DNA of 64,000 bases from a phage, in the NCBI GenBank assembly GCA_022520065.1, contig GCA_022520065.1_3942.1, one strand, 5' to 3'. This document shows, piece by piece, positions 59,275-64,000 of this stretch. A model generated the notes under the pieces. That model was not told where the DNA came from, did no database searches, and saw nothing but the letters and a program-made list of their open reading frames with translations. Within the stretch, counting starts at the first letter, position 1. Every line of letters begins with the position of its first letter. The position numbers were made by a program, and so were the translations under genes.

Positions 59275-60407
59275 TATGCCTCCCCTGCTGGGTTAACTGT
59301 AACTGTTGCCGCATTAGATGTTACAGAGCCACCTGCGCCAGTAACTACACAGGTGTAGCTTCCTGAATCAGCAGTGGTTGCACCTTCTTTGGTGTAAGTT
59401 GCAGTAGTTGCGTCTGGGATGTTTTCCTCACCCTTCTTCCACTGATATCCTGTTGCACCTGTTGCCACAACATTCAGCGTTAAGGTCTCACCTTCAGTGA
59501 TTTCTTGATTGGTTGGCTGTTGAGTGATTACAGGAAGTGCATTCACAGTTACTACAGCAGCATTAGATTCCACTGCACCACCAGCACCTGTTACAACGCA
59601 AGTGTATGAACCTGCATCTGCTGGCAGAGCACCAGACTTGCTATAGGTGGCATCTGTAGCCGAAGGAATGTCAGAGCCATCTTTCTTCCACTGATAACCT
59701 GTTGCACCTGTTGCAGTCACTTCCAAGTTGATATTTCCACCCTCATTGATGGTCTGGCTAGAAGGTTGTTGTGTAATCACAGGCAGTGCGTTAACAGTAA
59801 CTGTTGCCGCATCTGAGGTAACGCTTGTTCCAGCCTCTCCAGATACAACACAAGTGTATGAACCAGCATCAGAAGGTACTACAGACTGTTTTGTGTAGGT
59901 TGCAGATGTGGCGCTAGTGATATCCTCACCATCTTTTTTCCATTGATATCCAGTGGCATTAGTTGCAATAACGCTTAGGTTAAGTGTACCACCTTCATTT
60001 ACTGTTTGATTGGTTGGTTGCTGAGTGATTGATGGTGGCTTGATAGCGTCCTTCAACTTAGCATTCAACATTGAGAATGGTTTAACTCTTGCCAGCCATT
60101 CACAATAAACTGTATCAACGTCTTTACCATTGATAATTGCATATTGTAAGTCCATGAAGAAGTCAGAAGTTCTCATTTGAGCACCAACGCTGTAAAGCAA
60201 CTCATCACTAAATGGAACTTTGTAGTCTGGTTTGTAGTCAAACTTCTCAACTTCTGCAATATCAGCTTCAGGCCAATACGAACTATAGGTGAGTGGTAAA
60301 ATAGCCTCTTGATATGTTCTAAAGTCATATCTCTTACCAGCCTTTACATTTGCAATGAAGCCCTTCACAAACTCTTTGAAGTCTGGGTAAGTCTTTGCTT
60401 TAATCAT
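59274..60407 (-). CDS. protein with three tandem Ig-like domains
   Basis: Three ~90-aa repeats (QQPxxQxxNEGxxxxLxVxATGATGYQWKK...GSYTCVV); N-terminal domain paralogous to 60404..60775. Confidence 0.5.
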   Translation of the reverse strand: MIKAKTYPDFKEFVKGFIANVKAGKRYDFRTYQEAILPLTYSSYWPEADIAEVEKFDYKPDYKVPFSDELLYSVGAQMRTSDFFMDLQYAIINGKDVDTVYCEWLARVKPFSMLNAKLKDAIKPPSITQQPTNQTVNEGGTLNLSVIATNATGYQWKKDGEDITSATSATYTKQSVVPSDAGSYTCVVSGEAGTSVTSDAATVTVNALPVITQQPSSQTINEGGNINLEVTATGATGYQWKKDGSDIPSATDATYSKSGALPADAGSYTCVVTGAGGAVESNAAVVTVNALPVITQQPTNQEITEGETLTLNVVATGATGYQWKKGEENIPDATTATYTKEGATTADSGSYTCVVTGAGGSVTSNAATVTVNPAGEA

Positions 60408-60775
60408 TTCTTTTTATCCTCTAAATGTGCGTTTAGTCTAAAATAACCTTTGTGATGCGGAGATACATCACCAACAACGATACCTTTAACCTTATAACCT
60501 TTACCAATTACATACTGGATATCCATAAGGAATCTTCCAAGACCAACAATATGGAACATTGGATATAATAGATTCTCAGAGTCTGGAATATTGATTTCGG
60601 GTTTGTAGGTGCGTTGTTCGATTGTTGGTGTAATATCTTCTTCAGGCCATTTACTAAGTCTCCATGTCAAAGGTGTTGGGATAACATCATTAAGGTTGTA
60701 CCTTTCACCATTTTGCACGGAATTGATATAGGATTGTAGGAAGCAATAAAAGTCTTTTGCACTCTTAGCTTTCAT
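60404..60775 (-). CDS. hypothetical protein (paralog of N-terminal domain of Ig-like protein)
   Basis: Shared N-terminal pattern and FLMDIQYVI block. Confidence 0.45.
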   Translation of the reverse strand: MKAKSAKDFYCFLQSYINSVQNGERYNLNDVIPTPLTWRLSKWPEEDITPTIEQRTYKPEINIPDSENLLYPMFHIVGLGRFLMDIQYVIGKGYKVKGIVVGDVSPHHKGYFRLNAHLEDKKK

Positions 60776-60822
60776 TAAATATCCTTATAAATAGTTAAAG
60801 GGGCATCAGCCCCTATTCACAC

Positions 60823-61413
60823 TTAAGCTTTGGTCTTAAGTAGGTTCTTAAGTTTTTTAAGATTCATACTCTCATCAAACTTAAAACCAAATCCATTGAC
60901 ATAATCAATGAACTCGGATTTCTTACTGAGTGACAATGCGTAACTCATATCAAAGTTCTTACTTGTTTCTGCGTCTGGACTAGAGTTCACATCAAATGAA
61001 ATTTCTGTAGGCTCTTGCTTACTTTTTCTCATATTATCAACCAACAAACATGTATAGTTTGCTGGATAGAAATTTACACTACCATCAACGTAGCTGTACT
61101 TATTATTATGGATAAGGTTGGAAAATACCTTAAGAAATGTTTCTGAGTCGTGGCAAACAAGTTTGAATTGGCTGCTCTCTCCAAGCGCAACTAATGAGTA
61201 CGGACTTTCACTATCAAAGTCATAATTTGGATTCGATGGTGTCACTGTTACACGCATCAAGTTATTAGCAATGGTCTTCTGTTTAAAAGAATTTTGAACA
61301 TAGTGAAGACCTCTATCACACTGGTTGACTAGCTCTTTAAGTAGGTCATTTGCATATGGCGAATTAATTGATACAGAGCCATCACTATTGTAATTAAAAC
61401 TTACTGTTAACAT
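60823..61413 (-). CDS. hypothetical protein
   Basis: 196-aa ORF. Confidence 0.5.
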   Translation of the reverse strand: MLTVSFNYNSDGSVSINSPYANDLLKELVNQCDRGLHYVQNSFKQKTIANNLMRVTVTPSNPNYDFDSESPYSLVALGESSQFKLVCHDSETFLKVFSNLIHNNKYSYVDGSVNFYPANYTCLLVDNMRKSKQEPTEISFDVNSSPDAETSKNFDMSYALSLSKKSEFIDYVNGFGFKFDESMNLKKLKNLLKTKA

Positions 61414-61640
61414 TTTTCAGTTCTCCTGCGATTTATAATTTTGCTGCAATAGAGAAACGAAGTAAACTCACTGGAAGAAACCATTAAGTGTTGTTCACTA
61501 GATTGAGCCATTGCCCTGAAATACATTCCAGTCAAAGCATCATAGTGACTATTCTTTCCAATTGAGGTTATATAGCCATGACTCTTTGCAGTTTGATATA
61601 AATCTATAATATCTGCGATTTCTAATTGGGAACTACACAT
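61407..61640 (-). CDS. hypothetical protein
   Basis: 77-aa ORF. Confidence 0.4.
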   Translation of the reverse strand: MCSSQLEIADIIDLYQTAKSHGYITSIGKNSHYDALTGMYFRAMAQSSEQHLMVSSSEFTSFLYCSKIINRRRTEKC

Positions 61641-61783
61641 AGATAATCCTCTTGTCTTCTGTAATTTTGAAAGAACAGGTACAGACCAATTTCAGAGGAT
61701 GAATAGTAGATTAACTCTACCCTTTTTGATTCCTTACAGTGATTGGTATTCTTACCTTTCTTCGGTTTATTTGATTTTCTCAT
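61622..61783 (-). CDS. small basic protein
   Basis: Track start 61804 is TTG; ATG 61781-61783 has strong AAGGAGA RBS. Confidence 0.35.
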   Translation of the reverse strand: MRKSNKPKKGKNTNHCKESKRVELIYYSSSEIGLYLFFQNYRRQEDYLCVVPN

Positions 61784-61882
61784 TAAGTCTCCTTTGTAGA
61801 ACAAGGCAGACCTACAGCTTTAAGTAAGATGGTACAGTAATCCATACAACAAGTCAAGAACTATTGCAAGTTAAAAAAGTTG

Positions 61883-61900
61883 TTGACAAAGTACTTGACA
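61883..61900 (+). promoter_or_regulatory. conserved tandem TTGACAA element in divergent control region
   Basis: GTTGACAAaGTACTTGACAAGGTG, nearly identical to 15666 element. Confidence 0.35.
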
Positions 61901-62032
61901 AGGTGTAGGCTTATAAATACTTAGAAGATAACTTAAAAGGTTCCTCTAAAAAGGCTATTTAAACAGATATCTTTCTGGATATCTATCTTTTATCTTAAAA
62001 GCCTTTTAAGAGGTCTTATAAGAGGCATACCA

Positions 62033-62404
62033 ATGAAAAACAGAACAAACAAAGGCCAGTTTAAAAAAGGCCAGTCTGGAAACCCATCTGGAAGACCAAA
62101 AGGCTCTCGTAACAAAAGTTCACTCGTAAAAGCTCAACTGACCATTGATAATTCTGCTGAGTTCGCTGCAAAGCTGTTTGAGGCGATTGTTACAAGGGAC
62201 GCGGCTAAGCTTGCAGAGTTCGGGTTAAACACAGATGACGTAACCATCAAGAGTATGATTGAGGTCGGTAAAACTATCTTTACTCACTCAGCAGGTGAGA
62301 TGAAAGCACTTGCAGCAGACACTAAGAAGACTCCTGAGAATGGTGGTCAACAACAGACAGATAACAAACCAACGTTCTCTGCTGTAGCGACTCTTAAAAA
62401 ATAA
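62033..62404 (+). CDS. hypothetical protein with GNPSGRPKG motif
   Basis: 123-aa ORF; basic Gly/Pro N-terminus. Confidence 0.45.
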   Translation: MKNRTNKGQFKKGQSGNPSGRPKGSRNKSSLVKAQLTIDNSAEFAAKLFEAIVTRDAAKLAEFGLNTDDVTIKSMIEVGKTIFTHSAGEMKALAADTKKTPENGGQQQTDNKPTFSAVATLKK

Positions 62405-62485
62405 TTTTAAAAGGTGTTGACAGACTCTACAAAGTTGCTCTAAAGTCTGTCACATCAAACAACAAATGAGAGAAGAGAGTAAAAT

Positions 62486-63901
62486 ATGAGCGAATTATTT
62501 AAACATGCGCACCTTCATGCAGGTCGAACTGAAAATGGTGCTGTAAACCATACTTCATCAATGTCTGCTCTTGTGGACTTTTACAAAGCTGCTGGTTCTA
62601 GCCGTAGCAATGTAGAAATCTTACCAGACTTGTTCTACAAAGCTTTGCATGAGGATGTTGATGTTGCAGTTCGTATTTTACTGCATATGCGAGATGTACG
62701 AGAAGGTATGGGTGAGCGTAAAGCTTTCCGAACTGTTTTACTTCAAGCGATTGAAGATAAAGTTCTAGAGTCTACACAGGTTCTTCGCATTATGGATAAG
62801 ATTGCAGAGCTTGGTCGCTTTGATGATTTCAAAATCTTCGTGGGTACTTGTTTCGAGACAGATGCCTTCAAGCATTTAGAAGCAGCATTACTAGACCCTG
62901 CAACAGCAGGTTTGGCAGCTAAGTGGTTACCACGAGTCAAACCACGTCATAAGCAGTTTGTAAAACGTTTCTGCAAGTTTGCCAACTTGAGTGAGAAAGA
63001 GTACCGCACACTGTTGTCTGCACTATCTGATACAGTTGAGCAAAAAATCTCTGCTAATGAGTTTGGTAAGATTGACTACAGTAAGATTCCTTCACTTGCT
63101 GCTGCACGTTACCAAAAACTGTTTAACCGTAAAGATGGAGAGCGTTACAAAGCTTACATCGAGTCCTTATCAAAAGGTGAGACTAAGATTAACGCTGGTG
63201 CTGTTTACCCATACGATGTGATTAAATCTGTCAAGTATGGTAATGCAGATGTTGCTAATGAGCAGTGGAAAGCACTACCAAACTGGATGGCAGAAGGTGA
63301 AAACATCTTGTGTATGTCTGATGTATCAAGTTCAATGTCTTGGGTGAATTTTGGCTCCATTACTGCTCTGGATATTGGTGTATCACTTGCCTTGTATGTA
63401 GCAGAACGCAATACAGGTTGCTTTAAGAATGAGTTAATGGTTTATTCAACAAACCCTCACTTCATCGAACTGAGTGGTGATTTACGAAACCGTCATCGTC
63501 AGGTGATGCGACACGTTGAATATGGCTCAACTAACTTACAAGCAGCTTTTGACCGTATTCTTGAGACAGGTAAAAGAAACAACTTGACTCAGAAAGATAT
63601 GCCAAGTAAGCTTATCATCTTCTCCGATATGGAGTTCAATCAGGTTGATGGAGCTAACGGTCGTACAAACTTTGAAGCAATTCAGAGTAAGTACAAAAAA
63701 GCTGGATATGAGATGCCACAACTGGTATTCTGGTACTTAGCAAACCGTAATGGCACTTGCGAAGTATCTGTTAAGGATAACGGTGTAGCAATGGTATCTG
63801 GTTTCTCTCCAGCCACTTTAAAAGCTTTGCTTGGTGGTGAGAAGTTTGACCCAATCAGCGTAATGCTCAAAGCAGTAATGATTGACCGTTATATCTGGTA
63901 A
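62486..63901 (+). CDS. vWA-domain protein, possibly TROVE/Ro60-like
   Basis: MIDAS-like DVSSSMS in C-terminal half; helical N-terminal half; family assignment tentative. Confidence 0.4.
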   Translation: MSELFKHAHLHAGRTENGAVNHTSSMSALVDFYKAAGSSRSNVEILPDLFYKALHEDVDVAVRILLHMRDVREGMGERKAFRTVLLQAIEDKVLESTQVLRIMDKIAELGRFDDFKIFVGTCFETDAFKHLEAALLDPATAGLAAKWLPRVKPRHKQFVKRFCKFANLSEKEYRTLLSALSDTVEQKISANEFGKIDYSKIPSLAAARYQKLFNRKDGERYKAYIESLSKGETKINAGAVYPYDVIKSVKYGNADVANEQWKALPNWMAEGENILCMSDVSSSMSWVNFGSITALDIGVSLALYVAERNTGCFKNELMVYSTNPHFIELSGDLRNRHRQVMRHVEYGSTNLQAAFDRILETGKRNNLTQKDMPSKLIIFSDMEFNQVDGANGRTNFEAIQSKYKKAGYEMPQLVFWYLANRNGTCEVSVKDNGVAMVSGFSPATLKALLGGEKFDPISVMLKAVMIDRYIW

Positions 63902-63919
63902 AAAGTTTTAAAAAGGGTA

Positions 63920-63948
63920 TTGACAATGTGTTTGATACCCTTTAATAT
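63920..63948 (+). promoter_or_regulatory. sigma70-like promoter TTGACA-N17-TAATAT inside a hairpin
   Basis: Hexamers 63920-63925 and 63943-63948; inverted repeat AAAGGGTAT/ATACCCTTT spans the -35 and spacer. Confidence 0.45.
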
Positions 63949-64000
63949 GTTCTACATAGAAACGAAATGAGAGCTTTTCTAAGATACTGAAAAATATTTT

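Overview
AT-rich 64-kb window from what looks like a virulent tailed dsDNA phage; no integrase or lysogeny genes were seen. Calls rest on reading the supplied ORF translations for remembered protein motifs and on manual inspection of intergenic DNA; no database search was possible. The gene content (rIIA/rIIB, class I and class III ribonucleotide reductases with a glutaredoxin-like protein, thymidylate synthase plus DHFR, dNMP kinase, family-A DNA polymerase, ATP-dependent ligase, T7 gp4-like primase-helicase, FEN-type nuclease, a Prs-like/NAMPT-like pair, HNH and GIY-YIG endonucleases, tail fibres with HxH repeats, sigma70-type TTGACA-N17-TAnnnT promoters) most resembles Felix O1-like enterobacterial myoviruses; this is inference. 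Layout: 1-6.4 kb baseplate and tail-fibre genes (+); 6.4-15.6 kb leftward block (thyA, frd, ligase, DNA polymerase); 15.9-45.5 kb rightward block (dNMP kinase, primase-helicase, SSB-like, nuclease, homing endonucleases, nrdA/B/D/G, Prs-like + NAMPT-like, rIIA/rIIB, lytic transglycosylase, spanin-like pair, macro-domain protein); 45.9-52.0 kb array of 14 small genes wired by repeated promoter/hairpin/RBS cassettes; 52.0-53.6 kb ORF-free island saturated with short repeats and bracketed by convergent terminators; 53.6-61.8 kb leftward block of small unknown genes ending in a GH24 endolysin and Ig-like proteins; 62.0-63.9 kb rightward genes including a vWA-domain protein. The best candidates for something undescribed are the repeat island, the adjacent cassette-wired gene array, and possible anti-defence functions (NAD+ reconstitution pair, macro domain). 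Several track ORFs begin at TTG/GTG; starts were moved to the nearest ATG with a Shine-Dalgarno where noted.
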